DNA of 64,000 nt. Origin: Rhodospirillales bacterium. GTDB taxonomy: Bacteria > Pseudomonadota > Alphaproteobacteria > Bin95. The position numbers and the translations under genes are program-made. The notes under the pieces are model-generated. The model was not told the origin of the DNA. It saw nothing but the letters and a program-made list of their open reading frames with translations, and searched no databases. The stretch is from the NCBI GenBank assembly GCA_038143065.1, contig JAYQLI010000035.1, positions 1,440,894-1,504,893 on the forward strand, in the 5' to 3' direction. Shown here piece by piece: positions 55,166-64,000 of this stretch (positions are counted from its first letter, which is position 1; every line of letters begins with the position of its first letter).

Positions 55166-55802
55166 GTGAAGCCGGCAAATCCGGAAATACACAGGAGCCC
55201 GAAGAGGTAGAGGAAACAGTTGAAGCTGAAGCCGAAACTGAAGCTCCCGCACCAGATGCCCAGGCTGCAGCAATTGCATTAGCTGAGCGCGTAAACGAGC
55301 TTGAGAACGAACTCAGTGAAGCAAAGGACGAGAGACTTCGAGCACTGGCTGAGGCTGAGAATGCACGACGAAGAGCCCAAAAAGACCGCGAAGAGGCGAA
55401 TCGTTACGGCGCATCTGGTCTAGCTCGTGATGTTGTCAGCGTCGCCGACAATCTTGCTCGTGCTCTCGCAGCGATGCCTGCAGACACAGAATCTGAAGCG
55501 GTAAAGAATTTAGCTTCTGGTGTCGAAATGGTGGAAAAAGAGCTAGCTCAAGCCTTATCTAAACATGGCGTTAAGGCTGTTGGTGAAATCGGGGATCATT
55601 TCGACCCAAATACCTGCCAAGCCGTTTTTGAAATGGAATCAGCAGATATACCTGCAGGCCACATCGCTCAGGTGATGCAAAAGGTTATATGCTTCATGAC
55701 CGTCTCATTAGACCCGCCATGGTTGGCGTGGCAAAATCGACCGGCGAAGCTTCAGAGCCCTCAGAAAAAGAGGACGATGCTCAAAACGAGAGCAACGAAT
55801 AG
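55162..55802 (+). CDS. grpE: Nucleotide exchange factor GrpE; frameshift near 55682
   Basis: [43 protein letters not shown]; TTG start overlaps the hrcA stop. Confidence 0.94.
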
Positions 55803-55818
55803 TCGTTAAGGATCAATC

Positions 55819-57138
55819 ATGGCTCTGAACAGCCAGCGTTCGCGCCTGTTGCGGCTGGCGTGGCCAATAATGGTCTCTAACGTTACCGTGCCTTTAGTAG
55901 GGGCTACAGATGTCTTTGTGCTAGGACATCAGCCTAATCCAGCACTTCTTGCTGGATTAGGCCTTGGAACGGCGGCATTTAGTTTATCCTTGTTTTCCTT
56001 CAATTTTCTGCGAATGGGCACAACAGGCCCCACGTCGCAGGCTGTAGGTGCCGGCAATATGCTAGAGGCGCGCGCGATATTGTATCGCGCAACAGTTCTC
56101 GCTGTTTTGGTTGGCATCCTGCTGATTTTGATGCGCCCCCTGATTATTCAAGCAATGAATTTTGCTGCTCCAGCAGAGCCAACAGTGGAACAAGCAGCAG
56201 CAACCTACCTTCAAATACGCCTTATTGGTGCGCCTATGGCCCTAATTGAGATGGTTCTCGTGGGTTGGCTTTGGGCACTGCAGGATACTCGAAGCGCCTT
56301 ATACATTCAGTTAATGACAAATTTGGTGAACATCGCCCTGGATATTTGGTTTGTTCTCGGCCTGAATTGGGGCGTTGAAGGAGCAGCTATCGCGAGTGTT
56401 TTTGCCCATTTCTGTGGTGCATCTTTAGGGTGTTTGATCATTTGGAAAAGGCTCGGCGTTGATCGCTGGAAAGTATCACCAGGTATGTTTGCTTGGGACC
56501 GTGTTCGCGGAATGCTTCTAGTCAACAGGGATATCTTCATTCGCACAGTCTGTGTCGTTCTTGGACTTTTGTTATTTCGTTTAGAAGCCAACAGATTTGG
56601 TGCGGGCGCCGCAGCGAGCATAGAGCCCCTTTATCAGTTTTTGACAGTGACAGCCTACGCCCTGGATGGGGTTAGCCACGCCGTAGAACCCATGACAGGG
56701 GATGCTATTGGCCGTAAAGACCGCGGAGCACTTCGTGAGGCCGCTATTGCTGCTCTTCAAGCGGGTGGAATTTTAGCGTTTGTCATGTCGTTAGCACTGT
56801 TCATCTTAGGCCCAGAAATTATCTCATTTTTTACTATCATTCCCGAAGTAGTAGCCCTTGCTCAAGACTACTATCACTATGCCGCCATCCTCCCGTTCAT
56901 AGCGGTCTGGTGCTATCTTTTTGACGGAATGTTTTTAGGTGCTGCTCTGACATCTGTTTGCAGAAATGCAATGCTTCAAACTATGGCAGTCTATCTTGTC
57001 TGTTTATTCACCTTACCCCGCTGGCTCGGATTAGATGGACTCTGGATCGCCGTTATTGTCTTTATGGCGCTTAGAGGCGTGACGCTAGCCATGAAGTGGG
57101 AGCGCTTGCTAGGATCTGCTGATCGCACGCCTAATTGA
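55819..57138 (+). CDS. dinF: MATE family efflux transporter (DinF-like)
   Basis: LAWPIMVSNVTVPLVGATD, FLRMGTTG, NIALD, NRDIFIRT, AYALDG, FDGMFLGA. Confidence 0.9.
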   Translation: MALNSQRSRLLRLAWPIMVSNVTVPLVGATDVFVLGHQPNPALLAGLGLGTAAFSLSLFSFNFLRMGTTGPTSQAVGAGNMLEARAILYRATVLAVLVGILLILMRPLIIQAMNFAAPAEPTVEQAAATYLQIRLIGAPMALIEMVLVGWLWALQDTRSALYIQLMTNLVNIALDIWFVLGLNWGVEGAAIASVFAHFCGASLGCLIIWKRLGVDRWKVSPGMFAWDRVRGMLLVNRDIFIRTVCVVLGLLLFRLEANRFGAGAAASIEPLYQFLTVTAYALDGVSHAVEPMTGDAIGRKDRGALREAAIAALQAGGILAFVMSLALFILGPEIISFFTIIPEVVALAQDYYHYAAILPFIAVWCYLFDGMFLGAALTSVCRNAMLQTMAVYLVCLFTLPRWLGLDGLWIAVIVFMALRGVTLAMKWERLLGSADRTPN

Positions 57139-57148
57139 GGACTTAGCC

Positions 57149-57931
57149 ATGGCCGAATATGAATACCTATCACTTGATCGTGAAGGTCCAATCACAATCG
57201 TAACAATAAATCGCCCTGAAGTTTACAATGCCCTGCATCCCCCTGCTCATTGGGAATTTGACAAAGTTTTCAACGATTTTCGTGATGACTCTAGCCAGTG
57301 GATAGCTATTATAACTGGTGCTGGAGACAAAGCTTTCTCGGCTGGAAACGACCTGAAGTATCAAGCCGAGGCAAAGGGCCCTCGAAATAGACCTGCAACG
57401 GGGTTTGCAGGCCTTACATTTAGATATGACTTAGATAAGCCAGTCATAGCTGCTGTTAATGGCTTTGCAATGGGTGGTGGTTTCGAGATAGCACTCGCAA
57501 CTGACATCATCGTCGCCTCCGAGAATGCTATCTTTGCTCTACCCGAACCCAGAGTCGGGCTAGCTGCCCTTGCAGGTGGCGTCCATCGTCTGCCACGTGC
57601 GATACCTATTAAACGAGCTATGGGCATGATGCTCACTGGGGGGCGTGTTTCAGCATCCGAAGGTCATATGCTTGGCTTTGTGAACGAGGTTACCCCTGTT
57701 GGCGAAGCATTAGAAGGAGCCAAGCGCTGGGCAGCCAAAATTATGGAATGTAGTCCAATGTCAATTCGAGCTACTAAGCAGGCATCAATGAGAGGGCTCG
57801 CAATGCCCACACTTCAAGATGCTATAGAAGCAACCTATCCAGCAGTGCGTGCCATGCTAGGCTCAGAAGACTACATTGAAGGTCCAAAGGCTTTTGCAGA
57901 AAAACGTTCGCCTAACTGGAAGGGACGTTAA
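57149..57931 (+). CDS. Enoyl-CoA hydratase (CaiD-like crotonase)
   Basis: TINRPEVYNAL, FSAGNDLK, KPVIAAVNGFAMGGGFE, LPEPRVG, EGPKAFAEKR; both catalytic Glu present. Confidence 0.92.
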   Translation: MAEYEYLSLDREGPITIVTINRPEVYNALHPPAHWEFDKVFNDFRDDSSQWIAIITGAGDKAFSAGNDLKYQAEAKGPRNRPATGFAGLTFRYDLDKPVIAAVNGFAMGGGFEIALATDIIVASENAIFALPEPRVGLAALAGGVHRLPRAIPIKRAMGMMLTGGRVSASEGHMLGFVNEVTPVGEALEGAKRWAAKIMECSPMSIRATKQASMRGLAMPTLQDAIEATYPAVRAMLGSEDYIEGPKAFAEKRSPNWKGR

Positions 57932-58057
57932 GCAAGAATCACGCGGCGTTCTCTGAACAGCAGAAAGTAACTGCTTAACCCGAAGATTTAAGATAGCTTA
58001 CAGAGAGTATTTACGAGTAACTTTACAATTCACAGTTCAGGCAAGGGATGCCAAGAA

Positions 58058-59842
58058 ATGAGCACTTCAGATTCCAGCAAGAAAAACCTTCGTTCCCAAG
58101 AATGGTTTAATGACACTACTGATCCGGGGATGACGGCTCTATACATTGAGCGTTATATGAATTGGGGTGTTACAAGGGAAGAATTGCAATCGGGCAAACC
58201 TATAATCGGCATTGCAATGACAGGGTCGGACCTCTCTCCTTGCAATAGAAGTCACGTTGAATTGGCGGATCGGTATAAGGCTGGAATTCGAGACAAAGGG
58301 GGCATTCCTTTCGTATTTCCAACCCACCCAATTCAGGAAACTGGGAAGCGGCCAACGGCGGCACTCGATAGAAATCTCGCGTATCTGAGTTTAGTTGAAG
58401 TACTACAAGGCTACCCATTAGATGGGGTCATCCTTACTGGAGGCTGCGATAAAACAACCCCTTTCCTGGTTATGGCCGCTGCAACTGTCGATATTCCAGC
58501 AATTCTGTTGAACTCAGGCCCAATGCTGGATGGATGGTACAAAGGTCAACGTGCTGGCTCAGGCACCATCGTTTGGAAAGCCCGCGAAATGCTTGCTGCG
58601 GGTGAAATCGAATGGGAAGAGTTTATCGAGATGGTTGCAGCTTCTGCCCGCTCACCAGGGCACTGCAACACGATGGGCACCGCACTCTCAACCAATTCAC
58701 TCATCGAAGCACTGGGGATGACACTCCCAGGTACAGCTGCAATTCCCGCTCCTTACAAAGAACGCGGTCAAGCTGCTTACTTAACCGGCAAGCGCATTGT
58801 AGAAATGGTCTGGGAGGATCTCAAACCTTCGCAAATATTGACCCGAGAAGCATTTTTAAATGCGATAGCTGTAAACACGCTTATTGGTGGGTCTACCAAT
58901 TGCCCAATCCATTTGAACGCAATAGCACGCCATGCAGGTGTTGATCTTACAATCCAAGATTGGGAAGACCATGGGTATGACCTGCCATTAATCGTAAATT
59001 GCCAGCCCGCCGGTGAATTCCTCGGTGAAGGCTATTTCGCGGCCGGGGGTGTGCCCGCCGTAGTTAATGAGTTGATGAAAATTGGCCGTATCCACGAAAA
59101 TGCCATAACGGTGAACGGCAAAACAATCGGTGAAAATTGTAAAGGCTCAGAAATTCTGGACCAGGACGTTATCAAAACAATAGACGCTCCAATGAAGGCT
59201 CAGTCAGGCTTCCTTGTTATGCGAGGAAATCTTTTTGACAGCGCCATAATGAAAACGTCTGTAATTTCGGAAAGCTTCCGCAAGCGTTTTCTATCACGTC
59301 CAGGACACGAAAATATTTTTGAAGGCCGTGCCATCGTGTTTGATGGACCGGAGGACTACCACAAAAATATCAATAACCCTGACCTAAATATTGATGAAAA
59401 TTGCATTCTTGTTATTCGTGGAACCGGGCCTGTGGGCTATCCTGGATCAGCCGAAGTGGTAAACATGCAACCACCTGATGCCCTCATAAAAGCCGGCATT
59501 AAAGAACTTCCTTGTATTGGAGATGGTAGACAAAGCGGCACCTCAGGAAGTCCTTCTATCTTAAATGCCAGCCCAGAAAGTGCTGCCGGCGGTGGTCTTG
59601 CACTATTAAAAATGCATGACGTGTTAAGAGTTGATCTTAATGCACGTACTGTTGATATGTTGATTGACGACGCTGAATTAGAGCGAAGAAAAGCAGCATC
59701 TCCCCCAGCGATTCCTGAGAATCAAACTCCTTGGCAAGAAATCTACAGGAATGGCGTAGGTCATCTTAGTGAGGGCGGTGTGCTAGAGGCCGCAGTTAAG
59801 TATCAGAAAACTTCAAAAGCATCGCCGCGGCATTCGCATTGA
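58058..59842 (+). CDS. IlvD/Edd family sugar-acid dehydratase (xylonate/galactonate dehydratase clade)
   Basis: [56 protein letters not shown]-terminal PRHSH. Confidence 0.92.
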   Translation: MSTSDSSKKNLRSQEWFNDTTDPGMTALYIERYMNWGVTREELQSGKPIIGIAMTGSDLSPCNRSHVELADRYKAGIRDKGGIPFVFPTHPIQETGKRPTAALDRNLAYLSLVEVLQGYPLDGVILTGGCDKTTPFLVMAAATVDIPAILLNSGPMLDGWYKGQRAGSGTIVWKAREMLAAGEIEWEEFIEMVAASARSPGHCNTMGTALSTNSLIEALGMTLPGTAAIPAPYKERGQAAYLTGKRIVEMVWEDLKPSQILTREAFLNAIAVNTLIGGSTNCPIHLNAIARHAGVDLTIQDWEDHGYDLPLIVNCQPAGEFLGEGYFAAGGVPAVVNELMKIGRIHENAITVNGKTIGENCKGSEILDQDVIKTIDAPMKAQSGFLVMRGNLFDSAIMKTSVISESFRKRFLSRPGHENIFEGRAIVFDGPEDYHKNINNPDLNIDENCILVIRGTGPVGYPGSAEVVNMQPPDALIKAGIKELPCIGDGRQSGTSGSPSILNASPESAAGGGLALLKMHDVLRVDLNARTVDMLIDDAELERRKAASPPAIPENQTPWQEIYRNGVGHLSEGGVLEAAVKYQKTSKASPRHSH

Positions 59843-60933
59843 TGCCTAAGATTGTAGCTGCTGAGTCCCATCTCTTTGAACTACCCCTCCCAGAGAAAAT
59901 GGGTGATGCAAAGCATGGACTACATGAACATTTTGAGCTGCCCATAATCCGGTTAACCACAGATAATGGCATAGAGGGAGTAGGTTATACCTACACTGGC
60001 GGTGTCGGAGGGCGCGCCATCCTTGCACACCTCAAACATGACCTAACGCCCATGCTTTTAGGTATGGAAACGCAAGATATCCAAGGCCTGTTTGAGGCAA
60101 TGTATTGGAAAACCCACTATGTAGGCCGTGGAGGTGCTGCAGGCTTTGCGATCTCCGCTGTGGACATCGCGCTTTGGGACCTGAAAGGAAAAAGCGAAGG
60201 CCGCTCCCTAGTCCAATTAGCCGGAGGCAGTAGTAGAACAACGCGAGCTTACGCTGGTGGTATAGATTTGAATTTTTCTACCGAGAAACTGCTTTCAAAC
60301 GTACAAGGATATCTCAACCGCGGCTTCGAAGCCGTGAAAATCAAAGTAGGCCGTCCTGATTTAGCAGAGGATAAAGCTCGCGTTGCTGCCATAAGAGCTT
60401 TAATTGGACCCGATAGGGCGTTGATGGTTGACGCTAATTACGGCTTTTCCAGAGATGAGGCTAAGGCTGCTTCTGATGCCTTTGCACCCTATGACGTTCT
60501 TTGGTTTGAAGAACCAATCGACCCAGAGGACATTGAGGGGTACGCCTGGCTTGCAGAGAAAACTTCAATACCTCTAGCACAAGGTGAAAACCTCCACTCC
60601 ACGAATGAATTTCGCCAAGTGATCAAAAATGCCAAAGTTACTTATATCCAACCAGATGCGAGCAATTGTGGAGGCATAAGTGGTTGGCTAGAAGTCGCTC
60701 TCATGGCAAAAAAAGCTGGCCTCACTGTTTGCAGCCACGGCATGCAAGAACTTCACGTCAGCCTCATGTCTTCACAAGCACACGCCGGATGGATGGAGGT
60801 ACATAGCTTCCCTATTGAAGCTTACACGAAACGGCAAATACATCTGGAAAACGGTCTTGCTGTTGCCCCATACGAACCAGGGATTGGCGTGGAATTTATT
60901 TGGGAAAAATTAGTCCCATTTGAGATTAACTAA
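59842..60933 (+). CDS. Mandelate racemase/MLE family; 3,6-anhydrogalactonate cycloisomerase-like
   Basis: DAKHG.H.HFEL, GYTYTGG, HYVGRGG, GGIDL, KIKVG, DAN, EEP, GENLH, QPDASNCGGI, HGMQELHVSL, EVHSFPI; TGATG overlap with the upstream gene. Confidence 0.88.
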   Translation: MPKIVAAESHLFELPLPEKMGDAKHGLHEHFELPIIRLTTDNGIEGVGYTYTGGVGGRAILAHLKHDLTPMLLGMETQDIQGLFEAMYWKTHYVGRGGAAGFAISAVDIALWDLKGKSEGRSLVQLAGGSSRTTRAYAGGIDLNFSTEKLLSNVQGYLNRGFEAVKIKVGRPDLAEDKARVAAIRALIGPDRALMVDANYGFSRDEAKAASDAFAPYDVLWFEEPIDPEDIEGYAWLAEKTSIPLAQGENLHSTNEFRQVIKNAKVTYIQPDASNCGGISGWLEVALMAKKAGLTVCSHGMQELHVSLMSSQAHAGWMEVHSFPIEAYTKRQIHLENGLAVAPYEPGIGVEFIWEKLVPFEIN

Positions 60934-61015
60934 AACAAAATGAGGCTTCTTTAAAATTATCTGATGGCCGCTTTGTTTGCAGTGCCCAGAGTTATCCGTG
61001 GCTTTGAAAGGCAAA

Positions 61016-61687
61016 TCACTTAGGCCTCTGTTGTGGACCGTAAGTTCCAAACTTTGCGACCACGCGCTCAATTTCATCATCTGGAAGAATTGATGGTTTT
61101 CCCAATAACATCGATAAATGAAATTGCTTTGCTAGAGTTTCCACTTCACCTGCAAGCCAAAGCGCTCGTGATAAATTTTTTCCACATGCGATAACGCCGT
61201 GATGCCTCAAGATACACGCATGACGGCCTTCCAAAGCTTCAACTGCGTATTCTGAGAGCTCTGCTGTCCCAAATGTAGCGTAAGGTGCACAACGAATTGT
61301 AGGCCCGCCAGCTGCAGCAATCATGTAATGAACGGCAGGAATATCCAAACCCTTAATTGCGATAGTAGTGGCGTACATCGAATGCGTGTGAACTATCGCC
61401 CCAACATCAGAGCGCTCTCTCATAATATCCACATGGAAACGCCATTCACTGGAAGGCTTCAAACCTTCCTTTGCCTCAAATGATCCATCAAATTTCATAA
61501 AGACAATGTCTTCGGGTAACAGCTCCTTGTAAGGAATACCTGAAGGAGTGACGAGCAGACCATCTTTCCATCTAGCCGAAACATTGCCGGATGTCCCTTG
61601 ATTAATCCGCAAAGAATTCATTTCGAGGCACGTATCAATTACATCCTGGCGCAACAAGCGCTCGGCCTTTGTGATGCGTTTAGGCAT
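61016..61687 (-). CDS. Class II aldolase/adducin family (FucA/Ald2-like)
   Basis: GTSGNVSAR, VTPSG, PSSEWRFH, HTHS, YATFGT, HHG. Confidence 0.9.
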   Translation of the reverse strand: MPKRITKAERLLRQDVIDTCLEMNSLRINQGTSGNVSARWKDGLLVTPSGIPYKELLPEDIVFMKFDGSFEAKEGLKPSSEWRFHVDIMRERSDVGAIVHTHSMYATTIAIKGLDIPAVHYMIAAAGGPTIRCAPYATFGTAELSEYAVEALEGRHACILRHHGVIACGKNLSRALWLAGEVETLAKQFHLSMLLGKPSILPDDEIERVVAKFGTYGPQQRPK

Positions 61688-61816
61688 AAATTAAACCCAC
61701 AGACTTGGCATTGAGACATGATAAAAAACACGTAATTCGTTAACAGTCTAGTTACATACTTTCTGCTAAAGTCTCTCAGCTACACTGACTGATGATTGTG
61801 AAACCGGAGTTACGTT

Positions 61817-63149
61817 ATGCCCGAGATGAAAGACTGCCGTGGCCTAACGGTTACAATGAGTGGACCGGATGCCTTAGCCGCCCATGAGGAACTCACTAAC
61901 GCTTACCTAGGGTTTAAGGTGAATACCGGCGATTGCCTAAAAAAAGCGTTAAACGTTGATGCTGAGGCACCAATGCACCAAGCAATGGCTGGGTACATTT
62001 TTCTCTTGATGGCATTAAAACCAATGGTTTCACGAGCTAATACCGCATCCAAAAAGGCAACTGAATTGGCTGAGCAGCGAGGGAACGCGCGCGAAAAACT
62101 TCACGCGGCCGCTCTCGCAAAATGGTGTGCGGGAGATATCACTGGTGCAGCTGATCGACGCGAAGCTCTACTGATTGAATGGCCAAAACATATTCTGGCG
62201 ATCAAGCTGGCCCATTATTTGCATTTCTACAAAGGAGACGTAGTTGAGCATCGCGATTCGTTGGCTCGAGTAATGCCAGCTTGGAGCCTTGGCATGCCAG
62301 GCTATTCAGCCGTGCTTGGCATGCGTGCTTTCGGACTTGAAGAAGCTGGGCACTACGAAGAAGCAGAACGGATTGGGCGGCGCGCAGTTGACTTAGACCC
62401 CGAAGATACATGGGCAATCCATTCGGTAGCTCATGTTCTTGAGATGCAAGGACGTCATCAAGAAGGAATTGAATGGATCGATCGTAACGCTGATGAATGG
62501 GACGGCAAGATTCATAGTTTTGCCAACCATGTATGGTGGCATAAGGCTCTTTATCACCTTGAACTTGGGCAATATGAGGAAGTTTTATCCCTCTATGACA
62601 ACCGGTTTTACTCTGAATTATCGGACGATGGTTTAGACATAGCGAATGCCAGTTCAATGCTAATGCGGCTTCGCCTCCACGGGATTGATGTCAGCGATCG
62701 TTTCGAACACCTTGCTGACGTGATTATAAAAAATAAGCTGGAAGAAGCGTTATTGCCGTTCAACGACCTCCATTACAGCCTGGCATTAGCTGGTGCTGGC
62801 AAGCCAGAAGCTAAATTACTTTCAGAACGGATCTGTAAAGAAGACCGGAAAACACACTGGGGGCAGTTTATCGCGATGTTGGTGCCCCTCTGAGCCAAGG
62901 CCTTGTTGCTTACGGAAATGGTGACTTCAGGGGAGCAATCGAGGTATTGAACCCAATCCGGTATTCCTGGTCTCGAATCGGGGGCAGTCACGCGCAGAGG
63001 GATATTTTCCAGCAGGTCTTAATTGATGCTGCAATGAAAGCCGAAGACTGGGCCTTAGCCAATTCACTTTTGGCAGAACGGACAGCCCTTCGACCGAATA
63101 GCCATGAAACGCACCGCCGTGCAGAACAAGTGGCTTCAGCACTATAGGG
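61817..63149 (+). CDS. TTC38-like tetratricopeptide repeat protein; frameshift near 62865
   Basis: REKLH, GMRAFGLEE.G, WAIHSVAHVLEMQGR, HVWWHKAL, FNDLH, IGGSHAQRD. Confidence 0.85.
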
Positions 63150-63159
63150 TTAATTAACT

Positions 63160-63750
63160 GTGCGACTTTTTTCTGCCATCGAATTGCCCACTCAGTACCG
63201 AAGTGCCCTTTCAAAACTTCAACAGAATTTTGAAGGCGCAAGATGGGTTCCAGAGAGTAATTTGCACATTACACTTCGCTTTTTCGGTGAAGTTAATGGC
63301 CGGCAAGCAGAAGATTTAGCTTATGAACTGCAACGCATAGATATGCCCTCCTTTGAGATAATGGCAAAAGGCACTGGGCAATTTTCAGGGAGAACAGGCG
63401 TTAAGGCTCTCTGGGTAGGGCTAGCGCCTCAGGACACACTCAAGGGCCTTAACAACATAGTAGAAAGGGCAAGCCGCAAAGCTGGCCTGAAACCTGAGCG
63501 CCAAAGCTATCGCCCGCATATTACGATTGCACGTTTCAATAGTCCTCCAGACCCAGAGAAAGTTCGTAATTTTCTGGAGCGTCACGCAAATTTAAGCCTT
63601 GAGCCATTCAGAATTTCTGGATTTTCTCTATTTTCTTCAGAGTTAAGAAAGTCGGGCGCTTTATATCGACTAGAAGCTGATTTCCCATTCTCAGACGCCG
63701 GTCTGGGTGACACACCATTTTTTGGCGCGTGGGATAATAAGCAAGCATAG
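63160..63750 (+). CDS. thpR: RNA 2',3'-cyclic phosphodiesterase (2H family)
   Basis: MRLFSAI, NLHITLRF, PHITIAR (two HxT motifs), LFSSEL...GALY. Confidence 0.92.
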   Translation: MRLFSAIELPTQYRSALSKLQQNFEGARWVPESNLHITLRFFGEVNGRQAEDLAYELQRIDMPSFEIMAKGTGQFSGRTGVKALWVGLAPQDTLKGLNNIVERASRKAGLKPERQSYRPHITIARFNSPPDPEKVRNFLERHANLSLEPFRISGFSLFSSELRKSGALYRLEADFPFSDAGLGDTPFFGAWDNKQA

Positions 63751-63761
63751 ACACATTATGG

Positions 63762-64000
63762 CTTAATTAGAGCCCCCGAGTATTTCTTTAAACTCTGCAA
63801 GCTTGTCTTCGCTGAATAGTACGAAAATTATCTGCTCAATCGTGGGCAATCTCTCTAGTTCCATCATAGTTGATGCAATGCAATGCGTGACGCACGCTTA
63901 AATGGGAATCCATAAGCGCCAGTAGAAATCGCTGGAAAGGCCAAACTCTTGCAATGGTTTTCTGCTGCAATTCTTAGCGAATTTCGATAACAGGCCGATA
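63762..64000 (-). CDS. Macro domain protein (YmdB-like), 3' part only
   Basis: Manual translation [26 protein letters not shown]..; after a 1-nt shift it continues EQIIFVLF..stop at 63762. Not in the ORF track. Confidence 0.85.

Overview
A 64 kb chromosomal segment from an Alphaproteobacterium, judged from chvIG-EIIA-HPr, TIGR02300-aroA-cmk-rpsA, irr, nth-DUF2244 and the split metH. A marine Rhodospirillales-like lineage is my inference. Housekeeping blocks (metH, chvIG/PTS, tRNA-Ala-aroA-cmk-rpsA-ihfB, rimP-nusA-ylxR-infB-rbfA-truB-rpsO-pnp, hrcA-grpE) alternate with dense runs of orphan catabolic enzymes: two CoxL/XdhA-type Mo enzymes, two GMC oxidoreductases, a type II FMO, TauD, PhyH, LLM, SDRs, a CoA transferase, crotonases and sugar-acid dehydratases. 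Around 30 genes, including infB, nusA and grpE, are broken by 1-nt indels, most likely uncorrected long-read errors, so I annotate them as whole genes. I found no integrase, IS, prophage or CRISPR, and no clearly new multi-gene system. Best leads: (1) a translationally coupled IlvD/Edd sugar-acid dehydratase plus a 3,6-anhydrogalactonate-cycloisomerase-like enzyme, possibly a red-algal sugar route; (2) irr with an ICE box ahead of rubrerythrin, Fe-S oxidoreductase and DUF3501; (3) a TTC38-ThpR-macrodomain neighbourhood; (4) a chvIG-PTS locus without hprK, rapZ or pckA; (5) a FabX-like FMN/Fe-S protein; (6) a CinA with a degenerate PncC domain; (7) a SahR-like operator before metH. All family calls come from motif recognition by eye; no database search was run.
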